Source: Macrostomum hystrix
Lineage: Eukaryota; Animalia; Platyhelminthes
Length of the DNA stretch: 64,000 nt
Reading direction: 5' to 3'
Assembly: GCA_950097015.1 (NCBI GenBank)
Contig: CATNEN010000030.1
Coordinates: forward strand, 682,001-746,000
This document shows, piece by piece, positions 12,301 to 23,495 of the stretch. Below the pieces are notes generated by a model. That model saw only the letters and a program-made list of their open reading frames with translations. It was not told where the DNA came from and searched no databases. Within the stretch, counting starts at the first letter, position 1. Each line of letters starts with the position of its first letter. The position numbers and the translations under genes are program-made.

Positions 12301-15300
12301 AAACACACTTGAAAACATCAGACAAACATACATGAACACATCAGGCACACATACATACACATACCAGGCACATGTACGGCATATTAAGCACACATACATG
12401 CGCATCAGGCGTACATAAAAAATATCAGGTAAACATAAATAAAACATGAGGCGCACATACGTAAAAACATCACAGGCACGAGCACAAGAGCAAGAAACCA
12501 AGGAATACTTATTCTTCTGTGCAATAAAAACCATAGCCTGGACCTAATGTGTTCCTGTGCATGTGTGCCTGATGTGTTCCTGTGTATGTGTGCCTGATGT
12601 GTTCATGTGCATGTGTGCCTGATGTGTTCCTGTGTATGTGTGCCTGATGTGTTCATGTGTATGTGTGCCTGATGTGTTCATGTGTATGTGTGCCTGATGT
12701 GTTCATGTGTATGTGTGCCTGATGTGTTCATGTGTATGTGTGCCTGATGTGTTCATGTGCATGTGTGCCTGATGTGTTCCTGTGTATGTGTGCCTGATGT
12801 GTTCATGTGTATGTGTGCCTGATGTGTTCATGTGTATGTGTGCCTGATGTGTTCCTGTGCATGTGTGCCTGATGTGTTCCTGTGTATGTGTGCCTGATGT
12901 GTTCATGTGTATGTGTGCCTGATGTGTTCATGTGTATGTGTGCCTGATGTGTTCCTGTGTATGTGTGCCTGATGTGTTCATGTGTATGTGTGCCTGATGT
13001 GTTCCTGTGTATGTGTGCCTGATGTGTTCCTGTGTATGTGTGCCTGATGTGTTCATGTGTATGTGTGCCTGATGTGTTCCTGTGTATGTGTGCCTGATGT
13101 GTTCATGTGTATGTGTGCCTGATGTGTTCATGTGTATGTGTGCCTGATGTTTCATTTATGTGTCTAATGTTTTTATGTATGTGTGCCTGATGTTTCATGT
13201 ATGTGTGCCTTATGTTTCATGTATGTGTGTCTAATGTTTCATGTATGTGTGCCTGATGTTTCATGTATGTGTGCCTGATGTTTCATGTATGTGTGCCTGA
13301 TGTTTTTATTTACGGTGCCTAATGGCACAATAACGACACGCACTGACTGTTAAATTACGAGTGTATTATTAAACCCACAAAACCAAGTCAGTGCAGTCGA
13401 GTCCGCATAGACACGGACAGGAATCGACCTGCGTGCTACAAGCCTTCACATTGTGGGTGACTGAATAACACTAGTTTAACGCTGACTAACAGATCCCCAA
13501 GACGTGATTGCATCAGTGTGGAGGAAATGCCAGTGCAGTGTCGGCTTTGGTATTTGGCGCAGCCTAAAGTTCAAAGGAAAATTCAGAAATCATTTTTAAT
13601 CCCAGTTTATTTTGACACTGCACACAGAAAAGCGAATTATTTTGTTTTCATTAGAATTGTGTGGGAGAATTTTCTTCGCTACTTGAGGTCGCTTAGGGCG
13701 ATCAATTGACAACAAAAATGTTTCTAAGAGTTAAGATATAAGTTTTATTGGGCTGTTAAGAAAGTAGGTTATTGAAGTATGTACTTTTAGATCGATTTAA
13801 CGCATCATTTATGCAAATTAATGCTCAAAAATTGAAAACTTACCGACCTCTAGTTTCGAAAACCTGAGCTACAATTCTATTGCGCCAATAGGAATGTACT
13901 TTAACGGGCCCGATCTGCTTTGAAAGTTTAAAATAACAGCAAGTTAAAAAATTGTTCAAACTTTGGGGATATTGCAAACTGGTGGACAAATTGTGGGATT
14001 GGTTGGGATGAATTGGGATTCGGTCGGATAGAGAGGGGATGGAAACTGAATTGACTGAAGCAAATCCCTAGTTGCGTCTCTCTAAGATTGGCTTCCTAAA
14101 TATCCCAGTCCAGTTATTCCCAGAAAATTCATCTCCCCAGAGATTCGTCAATTCTGTTCCCAAACACCCAGAACGCATCTTAGCCGTTGAGGCGGTGGCC
14201 ATTCGCGACTTCTGCGATCTAGCCGATTCCAGCAGCATCGCGTTCAGGCAGGGCGAGCGCATCACCGTGCTGGAGCGAGGCGGCGGGCAACACCCCAACC
14301 CGGCCATGTGGAAAGGCTACGCCGCCAAGGAGGGCTTGTCGAGGGCTGGCTACTTTCCGTGCAGCGCAGTGCACGTGCTGCCTCCGCCGGCGGCCGCGTC
14401 TGCGACCTGCGACGCGAGGGTGAGTGACAGAATCGAATCGAATCACACTTTTTAAAGCGATTCACACTTCTTTTAAAGCGATTCACACTTCTTTTAAAGC
14501 GATTCACACTTCTTTTAAAGCGATTCACACTTCTTTTAAAGCGATTCACACTTCTTTTAAAGCGATTCACGTTTTTGAAGGCAGATTCCAAATTTATTTT
14601 CACACATCTTTTTGGTAGATTCGCGTTTATTTTAGGTGGATTCACGCTTACTCGTATTTTAGGTGGATTCACGCTTATTTTAGGTGGATTTAAGTTTATT
14701 TTAGGTGGATTCACGCTTATTTTAGGTGGATTCACGCTTATTTTAGGTGAATTCACGCTTATTTTAGATGGATTCACGTTTATTTTAGGTGGATTCACGC
14801 TTATTTTAGGTGGATTCACGTTTATTTTAGGTGGATTCACGTTTATTTTAGGTGGATTCACGTTTATTTTAGGTGGATTCACGTTTATTTTAGGTGGATT
14901 CACGGTTATCTTAGGTGGATTCACGCATATTTTAGGTGGATTCACGTTTATTTTACGTGGATTCACGCTTATTTTACGTGGAATCACGCTTATTTTAGGT
15001 GGATTCACGTTTATTTTAGGTGGATTCACGTTTATTTTAGGCGGATTCACGTTTATTTCAGGTGGATTCACGCTTATTTTAGGAGGATTCACGCTTATTT
15101 TAGGTAGATTCACGTTTATTTTAGGTGGATTCACCCTTATTTTAAGTGGATTCACGCTTATCTTTGGTGGATTCACCCTTATTTTTGGTGGATTCACGCT
15201 TATTTTAGGTGGATTCACGCTTATTTTAGGTGGATTCACGCTTATTTTAGGTGGATTCACGCTTATTTTAGGTGGATTCACGCTTAATTTAGGTGGATTC

Positions 15301-18300
15301 ACGCTCATTTTAGGTGGATTCACGCTTATTTTAGGTGGATTCACGTTTATATTAGGCGGATTCACGTTTATTTTAGGCGGATTCACGTTTATTTTAGGTG
15401 GATTCACGTTCATTTTAGGTGGATTCACGTTTATTTTAGGTGGATTCACGCTTATTTTAGGCGGGGAGAGAAGGGGAGAGAAGGATGGTTGAAATATCCC
15501 GCCCGGATACAAGTGAACTGAAATATGCGTTTATATGCAAATCGGACCCGCCACTGCACTGGCCTTCAAGTGCACTCAAGCTAGACTGCATTTGTCCGGC
15601 AAAACTATTCCGCTAGTGTACTGCTGCGCACCCGAAAAACATCGGGGAAATTGCTGCACTTGACTGGCGGACTAGCCAGTTAATCAAGGCCCGCTGTATT
15701 AAACTTTTGCTACAATTTTACAATTGAGCAGTCTTGTGCTCAAGTTTAATTCTAGTGCCTAGTTTAGTTCGAACTGTCTGACATCCATTCTCCCTTCTCG
15801 CATGGGATGTGGCAGAGCGGTCTAACGCGTTTGCCTCTCGCACCAAGGCCACTGAGCTAGATTCCGCGGCGAGGCCACATTTATTTTGGGCGCAGCCGCG
15901 GAGAGAAGGCTTGGGGGCTTGTCGTGCAATTTACACCCTTGAGGGCCAACCTCCAAGGCACAGTGAGAGTGTACACTGCCTGACGATGAGAAAGTCAGGC
16001 CAGATGTACACACCTGTGTGAGCGTGTGCCTGCTTACGGTATCTGTGTGCGTGTAAGCTAACGATTCAGCGGAATGGGCAGAATTGCCGCCTCGCTGGCT
16101 GCGGGTCTAGTGTCAACAAATGATGTGCCATTGCCCGCGGCCCTCCTTCCTTCTCAGCTTTCTCAATTTACGTGTCATGTCTCTAATCTTTCTCGTCTCC
16201 TTCTGAACCGCCATCCAGGCAACAGCGCAGGTATTTTTGGCACCTTCAGCCGCAGCCGCAGCCGGGGCAGCCAACGGCGCACTGCTCGCCGGCCAGTTGA
16301 AAGGCTCCGTTGATTCCGGTCTGGGGCCGCGCCAGAGCGTTGTCAGCACCTGCTCGTCTGGCAGCTCAGCCGGCAGCCTGCCAGACGACTGCGCCTCGAT
16401 GCTGAGCTCCAGCTCCGGGTTGGGCGGTGGCGGCGGCGGCGGAGGCGGCGCTGGCCCGGAGCCAGTCTATCGTCCAGACGAGTGGCGCCGGGCCGGTCTG
16501 TCAGCCAACGAGCAGCTGCTGCGGTTCCTGAACCTGGCCCAGTTTGGCGTCTATTATCGTAACTTCGCCGACGCCGGCTACGACCTGCCGGCGATGACTC
16601 GCTGCACGCCGGAGGATCTCAACGCTGTCGGCCTGACCAATCCCAAGCACAGGAAGCGGCTGCGGGCGGAGCTGGCAAGGCTGGCCCAGGCTGCCGCGGC
16701 CGCTGGCCTGCCCGACCCCGTGGAGGAGGCGGCCAGGGCGGCTCCGCCGACGGCCCCGGTTGGCGAGTTGTGCCGCCGGCTGGACCTCCCAGCTGACGTT
16801 GGCGACGCTCTGGCCGGGCACGGCTTCGCCAGGGCGCGCGATCTGCCCCAGATGGCCTGGGAGGATCTGGAGGATGTCGGCGTGACTAAGCTGGGTGAGT
16901 GGATCGAAGGGTGGGGTGTGGGATTAAGGTTGGGGAGAGGGATCGAAGAGTGGGGTGTGGGATTAAGGTTGGGGAGAGGGATTGTAGGATGGAGAGAAGC
17001 GGGGAGAAGGAATTGGGAGAAGGGGAGAGAAGGATGGGGAGAAGGGGAGAGAAGGATGGGGAGAAGGGGAGAGAAGGATGGGGAGAAGGGGAGAGAAGGA
17101 TGGGGAGAAGGGAATAGAAGGATGGGGAGAAGGGGAGAGAAGGATGGGGAGAAGGGGAGAGAAGGATGGGGAGAAGGGGAGAGAAGGATGGGGAGAAGGG
17201 GAGAGAAGGATGGGGAGAAGGGGAAAGAAGGATGGGAGAGGAAGAGAAGGATGGAGAGAAGGGGAGAGATGAAGTGGGATAGGCAGTGCGACGAGAAACC
17301 TGGAGTGAACGGTGAGAGAGCCATAAGTTAGTTAAAAAGAATGGCATAATGAATAAAAAATTCGAACGGAAAAAAGTGTCTCTGTGTGTGGCTACATGAA
17401 GATTTCTTTTTGAATTGAAACCTTTGATCCTAGTTATAACCCTCCCCGTTAGAACTCACCATCAAGTAGCCCGCAAATCAGTCCCTCTTTAATAAGGTTA
17501 CTTGGTGCTTATTTCGATCCTCATCGCTATTACTACGGTTGTAGTTTTATTATTTTCCATGTACCGGAATGCGTAACGGGGCAGGGGAGAAACGTGACTA
17601 AGCCTAGAATTATAAATTAGGAGCCAAGGTGTCTGTGATAGCGAATCAGTTTTCATCTGCAGGTAATTCGCCAGACTTTTTAGCTGAGGCACAGCACAAC
17701 CTATTGTTGCTTTCCACGTCAGTATTATTGCAATTCAAGCAGATGAAGCCAATTTACGCAAGGAAAGGTGCAAAGAGGACAGTTTCAGGTGGGGCTATTA
17801 TTGGGTGAATAATTATCGGACTTCGCTTCGCCTTGGGCGAATGTGTAAACTTTCTGTTCAATGAGGGGAAAGAATAAAGCAATAAATACAGCTTCCACGT
17901 TTCTTATAACATATTGAAAAGATCCCCACATAGGACGCATGAACTTTAGCAGTAGTGGTCCAGTTTAGTCCAGTTCAGTGGCAGGCCAGTCATTGTGAGT
18001 GTACATTATGGGCCAGGAATTAGACAGCCTAGTGTAATTTGGGGGAGGCATTGGTTGTGTGAATGTACATTTGGGGTAGGAATTCGACAACCCAGTATAT
18101 GTCATTTGGAGGAGGCATGGGTTGTGTGAATGTACATTTGGGGTAGGAATTCAAGAACCTTACGTACACTGGGGGGAGACGAATGGTTTTTTAATGCAAA
18201 TTTAGGCGCAGGAACTAGGCTGCCATATCAACATTTGGTGGCGAAGATAATATAGCTGGAGAATACCCAGAGGGAAGGATAAGCATATTGACGAAAACTA

Positions 18301-21300
18301 AAAAAATATGAAAGCTGTTAAGAATTTGTTCATATACGAAGCATTCTATAGCTATTTATACTGCCACTGCACTACAAAGTTGGGCTACAAATTTTTTATA
18401 AGTCACACAACTGGGGGGTTTAGCTGGGCGCTTTAAAGAGGAAACAGAACGGAAAACCCACTGCCTTGGTGTAGCAAATATCAAATTCGGGGAAGAAGTT
18501 ATCTTTGCTTTTGACCTAATAAAATTTGAAATCTTAGTCGAGTATGGAAATTCTGATGCAGTTTTATGATTTAAACACAATGTGACGGGCCCACACTGAA
18601 CTTCGGCAGGTCACCAGAAGAAGCTGATGCTCTTGGCTGATCGGCTGAAACGCCTACAGACAGCCGCGGGGCACAGCGGCAGTCCAGACCGACGCTCCTC
18701 ACAGCAACAACAGCAGCAGCAGCAATCACAGATGGAAGAGACGCTGAGCACTGAGGTGGCCATTAGGACTCATCCACAGCGGCCCGAATGCGTGTCGGGT
18801 AAGTGCAGGTTGATACCCTTTATCCCACCTTTATCCCACCTTTATCCCACCTTTATCTCACCTTTATTTCACCTTTATCTCACCATCTCACCATCATCTC
18901 ACCCCTTATCTTTCCTCTACAAGTCAGGTTGTAGCACAGGTGAAGTCAGGTTGTAGAACAGGTGAAGTCAGGTTGTAGCAAAGGTGAAGTCAGGTTGTAG
19001 CAAAGGTGAAGTCAGGTTGTATCAAAGGTGAAGTCAGGTTGTAGCAAAGGTGAAGGTAGCACAGTGTGAACGTCAGGTTGTAGCCACAGGTGAAAGTCAG
19101 GTTGTAGCAAAGGTGAAGTCAGGTTGTAGCACAGGTGAAGTCAGGTTGTAGCAAAGGTGAAGTCAGGTTGTAGAACAGGTGAAGTCAGGTTGTAGCAAAG
19201 GTGAAGTCAGGTTGTAGAACAGGTGAAGTCAGGTTGTAGCACAGGTGAAGTCAGGTTGTAGAACAGGTGAAGTCAGGTTGTAGCACAGGTGAAGTCAGGT
19301 TGTAGAACAGGTGAAGTCAGGTTGTAGAACAGGTGAAGTCAGGTTGTAGCACAGGTGAAGTCAGGTTGTAGCACAGGTGAAGTCAGTTGTAGAACAGGTG
19401 AAGTCAGGTTGTAGCTGAAGTCAGGTTGTAGCAAAGGTGAAGTCAGGTTGTAGCACAGGTGAAGTCAGGTTGTAGCAAAGGTGAAGTCAGGTTGTAGCAA
19501 AGGTGAAGTCAGGTTGTAGCACAGGTGAAGTCAGGTTGTAGCACAGGTGAAGTCAGGTTGTAGCAAAGGTGAAGTCAAATTCCAACGCGAATGAAATAAA
19601 GTCAGAGTGAATATAAAGAGATATTTATTAAAGGAATGCATTATAACTTATCTACGTAACACAAATTAGATTCCACATGTATATTGAAAGCACAAGTATT
19701 ATTAAACACTGCGACCTCACAGACCATTCTTGCGGAAGCAGCAACAGCAGCAGCAGTTGCTGCGCCAGTTTTCTGTCCTCGACCCACTCGGTCAATCGGT
19801 CTAGTAACGGACCGGTGCTATCGCCGATCCCGGAGTCCACAGGTTAGACTCCCGAACTCGTAGTGCAAAGCAGTTATCAGCCTGAAGCAAAACTCAGCTT
19901 TACGTGTTGTTTGTCTTAATAAACTTGTTGTTGGTTTTTATTTATTCAAAACGGTGCCAGTTTTTGTGTCAGTTAAAAAATTGGTTTTTATAATCAGGTG
20001 CCTAGCAACGGTAACTGGGGCTCAAGAGATGCCAATCCAACTATTGCCTCTCTGTGTTTGTATAGTATAGTATTAATTAATATTATACTAACAATATGCG
20101 GACCAGCTACAGACTAGTTTAAAAGTGCAGCAGGGCCCCACAATTTTTCCCAAGCTTAATTAACTTTTCAAACTGTCAAGTTCAATGCGAAATTTCCAGT
20201 GGGGATTCCGCCGCTCAGAAGGAAATATTCTGAGAAGGCAGCATTTTGGTGGGCTTTAAGCACTATAACAGTAAAATCAAAAGAGAGCGCTTTAGTGAAT
20301 AAAAAAATTGCTTCAATGCGAGTTCCTATGAGCAACTATTTTTTTCTGTAGTTAAAAAACAGCCGCCTATCCTGCCCAAGATCATTACTTAAAAATTCTG
20401 CGCAATATCAATCTATTAATCTCAGACTATTCAATTACTACTTAATTTGCTTATAGAGTAGTATGTTTTGCGCATTGAATATATTAAATATCTACAAGAG
20501 AATGAGAGTGAAGACTCTTTGACCTCTCCCCACAGCTCTAAGCGAGGCCACGTCCCATTTGCATCAGCGCCAACCCGCCGGCCAGTGGGATCCGCAGCTT
20601 CTGCTCCATCAGCGAGCCGGGAAGCCCGTCGCCAAGATTCTCGGCCGCCCGGTGGCCGTCGCCATTCCGGAGGTTCCGCCATCGGCTTCAAGCCCAGGCC
20701 CTTCTAACAATGCAACCAACGTCGCCGGTCTGGCGAAGGTGCCGCCGCCGCCGCCAAAGCGGGTGACGTCGATCCGACGGGAGGGCAGCCGGGATCGGAG
20801 CGGAGACCGCGACACGTCGCCACCTTCGCCACCTCCGCCACCTCCGCCACCACCTCAGCTGCCATCTAGACAGCAGGAGCAAGCTAATCCAGGCCAACCC
20901 TACGAGAATTTGAGCGTCATAGAGAATGTCATTCGCGAGATGAATCAGCAACACAGTGGTAGCGCGGGCGGTGGCAGCGGCGGGAGATCAGACTCTGCAG
21001 CCTCCATTCCGTTCGCCAACGAGAACTGCGGCACCATCCGTCAGCGGCCGACGCATCCGGGCGTGTCGGTGGCGCACAGCCATTCGCAGTCGACTCCGAG
21101 TCGAGCTCAGATGAGCGGCGGTGGCAGCCCGAAGTTCGGGGCGCAGCGTATGGGGCCGCCGGTGCCACAGCGCCAGCAACAGCAGCACCAGCATAATCTA
21201 ATCGGATTAACGCAAGCAGTCGCCTCGCCTGCGTCAAGTCGGTAAGAAGCAATTTTCACTCTTATTACTCGTAAAATTACTCGTAAAATGTGTTCTTTCA

Positions 21301-21769
21301 ATCGCTAAAAAGTTAATGTTTAGCCTGTGGCAGAGCGGTCTAACGCGTTTGCCTCTCGCGACAACGTCCCTGAGCTCGATTCCGCGGCGAGGCCACATTG
21401 ATTTGGGGCGCAGCCGCGGAGAGAAGGCTTGGGGGCTTGTGCAATTTACGCTCTTGAGGACCGACCTACAAGGCAAAGTGAAAGAGTACACTGCCTGACG
21501 ATGAGAATGTCAGGGCAGATGTACACAGGAGTCAGTGTGGGTCTAGAGCTTTCAAGTGTTGTGCCAGTGTCTGCAGCCCTCTTGCAGATGTTATTTATCA
21601 ACGGTTAGCCTACTCTCCACCGCCGCAACACCGCAGGCGGCCCCAGTTCCACGGTCTGAGGGCGCCGCGTAGAGACGATTCGTTCTCCAATCTGGACGAC
21701 ATCTGCGACATGCTGAGCGACCTGCAGTCAATCCTGGACAAGGAGCTGCGAGGCCAGGCCGCAAGCTGA
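3400..21769 (+). CDS. CASKIN: Caskin (CASK-interacting protein) orthologue: ankyrin repeats, SH3, tandem SAM, Pro-rich tail, conserved C-terminal helix; 5' exon(s) not identified
   Basis: Phase-consistent GT-AG exons: 3400-3497, 4621-4766, 8365-8460, 8993-9123, 9537-9648, 12176-12278, 14172-14419, 16219-16894, 18610-18798, 19723-19842, 20536-21241, 21637-21769. ANK motifs TALHQAA, RPLHVAS, SPLHLAC, TAFDVACEFG, FHLAAKNGHVDV, GTCLHLAA. SH3 with WKG...GYFP. SAM2 signature WEDLEDVGVTKLG|HQKKLML. C-terminal LDDICDMLSDL resembles the Caskin LDDIGSMFDDL motif. Confidence 0.92.
3546..4572. mobile_element. Non-autonomous TIR DNA element (CAGTAG-terminal, TTAA-type flanks) containing 24-bp satellite array B (3684-4132)
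   Basis: Left end TTAA|CAGTAGAAAGAC; right end GTCTTTCAACTG|TTGA (11/12 inverted match); subterminal inverted GGGGG-TATTTCAAA-ACCCAC; internal TTGAATATCTCGACGGT (4409-4425) shared with the element at 41651-42233. Confidence 0.7.
4826..5020 (+). mobile_element. tRNA-derived SINE family 2, degenerate 5'-truncated copy
   Basis: B-box-like GAGTTCGAATCC, then TTAAATGGGTACCAGC...CTGGGGTA...GGGTGGG...GGCGCCC...ACTGAACAG, homologous to the reverse complement of 62488-62760. Confidence 0.65.
5056..6410. repeat. 24-bp minisatellite array C (same family as arrays A and B)
   Basis: Tandem GGAGGATCAGTAGCTGGAATCGCA variants. Confidence 0.95.
7674..7900 (-). mobile_element. Fragment (right end) of the TTAA/CAGTAG DNA element family
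   Basis: Close reverse-complement match to 42010-42233; begins TTAA|CAGAAGAAACTACC. Confidence 0.85.
8487..8958. repeat. 21-bp minisatellite filling a Caskin intron (CATTACCCAACCTTCGCCTTT)
   Basis: Tandem array between donor 8461 and acceptor 8992. Confidence 0.93.
10990..11400. repeat. Purine-rich low-complexity (GA-rich) tract
   Basis: Degenerate AGAG/GATA-rich sequence inside a Caskin intron. Confidence 0.6.
12550..13305. repeat. 25-bp minisatellite (TGCCTGATGTGTTCATGTGTATGTG)
   Basis: Direct tandem repeats; degenerate inverted copies at about 12300-12480. Confidence 0.95.
14444..15462. repeat. Two adjacent 21-bp minisatellites (CACACTTCTTTTAAAGCGATT; ATTTTAGGTGGATTCACGCTT) sharing a GATTCAC core
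   Basis: Starts about 25 bp after Caskin donor 14420; arrays at 14444-14570 and 14625-15462. Confidence 0.95.
15809..16148 (+). mobile_element. tRNA-derived SINE family 1, near full length
   Basis: A-box-like TGGCAGAGCGG, degenerate B-box, shared body and 3' end with eight other copies in the window. Confidence 0.9.
16905..17275. repeat. Purine-rich minisatellite (22-bp GGGGAGAAGGGGAGAGAAGGAT) after Caskin donor 16895
   Basis: Tandem units; accounts for the spurious tail of ORF 16237-17331. Confidence 0.9.
18937..19577. repeat. 22-bp minisatellite (AGGTGAAGTCAGGTTGTAGCAC)
   Basis: Direct tandem repeats in a Caskin intron. Confidence 0.95.
21327..21527 (+). mobile_element. SINE family 1, 3'-truncated copy
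   Basis: Head GTGGCAGAGCGGTCTAACGCG through the hairpin; similarity stops after GATGTACAC. Confidence 0.85.
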
Positions 21770-21941
21770 CAGGACGTTCATTTTTCGTTAACTCAGGCGT
21801 CCCACACACAACACCGACAAAAAAGTTTTAATGCACTGAGTGGAAACAGTTTTTATAAATGACTCATTTTCATCTTCATTCTTCTGAACTGGACCTCAGT
21901 AAAATTTGCCGCCAGTTTTATGAAGACAATCAGATTAGCAC

Positions 21942-22410
21942 TGTCTGTCTCTCTCTCAGTCTGTCTCTCCCTCAGTCTGTCTCCCACGGTCTCTCCCTCA
22001 GTCTGTCTCTCCCTCAGTCTGTCTCTCCCTCAGTCTGTCTCCCACAGTCTCTCCCTCAGTCTGTCTCTCCCTCAGTCTGTCTCTCCCTCAGTCTGTCTCT
22101 CCCTCAGTCTGTCTCTCCCTCAGTCTGTCTCTCCCTCAGTCTGTCTCTCCCTCAGTCTGTCTCTCCCTCAGTCTGTCTCTCCCTCAGTCTGTCTCTCCCT
22201 CAGTCTGTCTCTCCCTCAGTCTGTCTCTCCCTCAGTCTGTCTCTCCCTCAGTCTGTCTCTCCCTCAGTCTGTCTCTCCCTCAGTCTGTCTCTCCCTCAGT
22301 CTGTCTCTCCCTCAGTCTGTCTCTCCCTCAGTCTGTCTCTCCCTCAGTCTGTCTCTCCCTCAGTCTGTCTCTCCCTCAGTCTGTCTCTCCCTCAGTCTGT
22401 CTCTCCCAGT
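21942..22410. repeat. 16-bp minisatellite (CTCAGTCTGTCTCTCC)
   Basis: Near-perfect tandem array downstream of the Caskin stop. Confidence 0.96.
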
Positions 22411-22852
22411 CTTTCTCTCCCAACTTCAAATAGAAGCAGTCAAAATTCTTACCAAAATTCTGTATTGAACTGGCCGGCATATACGCACTCTGCTATTGTA
22501 CAGTTAATTTCTGTATCGATAATAGCAATTGTCATTTCGTTCATTGTGCGACAAGGGGTAACTATAAGCTCAGTATATATTTATTAATGTATTTATATTC
22601 ATTTTCGCAGGTAAAGTTTAATGTTTAGCTACTAGTTACCATTTCGCAATATAAAACCATCATTAAGAATAAAGTATGTGCAATGAAAAACGTCATGTTT
22701 ATGCCACTGGACAGATGAAACTTTTATCATTGGATTCAAATATATTATCATTAGTTTGAACACCAAAATAGCATAGTGCCATAGTTTCTTTTTCTGCTTT
22801 TCATAACAACATTTTTTAGTCTTCATGCATGCTCAGACCAATTATCTCCTCA

Positions 22853-23282
22853 GTTCGTAAATTATTCCCTCCGTTTGTAAATTATCCCCTCAGTTTGTAA
22901 ATTATTCCCCTCAGTCTGTAAATTATCCCTCAGTTTGTAAATTATCCCCTCCGTTTGTAAATTATCCCCTCAGTTTGTAAATTATTCCCCTCAGTTTGTA
23001 AATTATTCCCCTCAGTTTGTAAATTATTCCCCTCAGTTTGTAAATTATTCCCCTCAGTTTGTAAATTATCCCCTCAGTTTGTAAATTATCCCCTCAGTTT
23101 GTAAATTATCCCCTCAGTTTGTAAATTATTCCCCTCAGTTTGTAAATTATCCCCTCAGTTTGTAAATTATCCCCTCAGTTTGTAAATTATTCCCCTCAGT
23201 TTGTAAATTATCCCCTCAGTTAGTAAATTATCCCGTCATTTAAAAAACTAGCCCTGCAGTTAGTAAATTATCCCCTCAGTCT
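22853..23282. repeat. 20/21-bp minisatellite (GTAAATTAT(T)CCCCTCAGTTT)
   Basis: Tandem array between the convergent Caskin and TMEM151 genes. Confidence 0.95.
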
Positions 23283-23495
23283 ATACATACCAGGTTCGTA
23301 ATGCCATCTGCAGCGAAGCAGTCTTCTGAATGTCTTAGCGATAATATCACTTTAGAGCATCAGAATGTACATTTATTTTCTCGAATGTTAACTTGAAAAA
23401 TTCTTAAAGCACTGAGACCAAATTTAGTCATGTCGCTTGACTGCAATCGCGACTGGTCAGCCGTTGAGGCTATTGAGTAATCACCGAAAACACTT

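Noticed and set aside
15809-16021. Recurring small ORFs containing [13 protein letters not shown] (also near 37862, 40691, 43277, 59331)
   Set aside because: Translations of SINE-1 copies with inconsistent frames, not a gene family.
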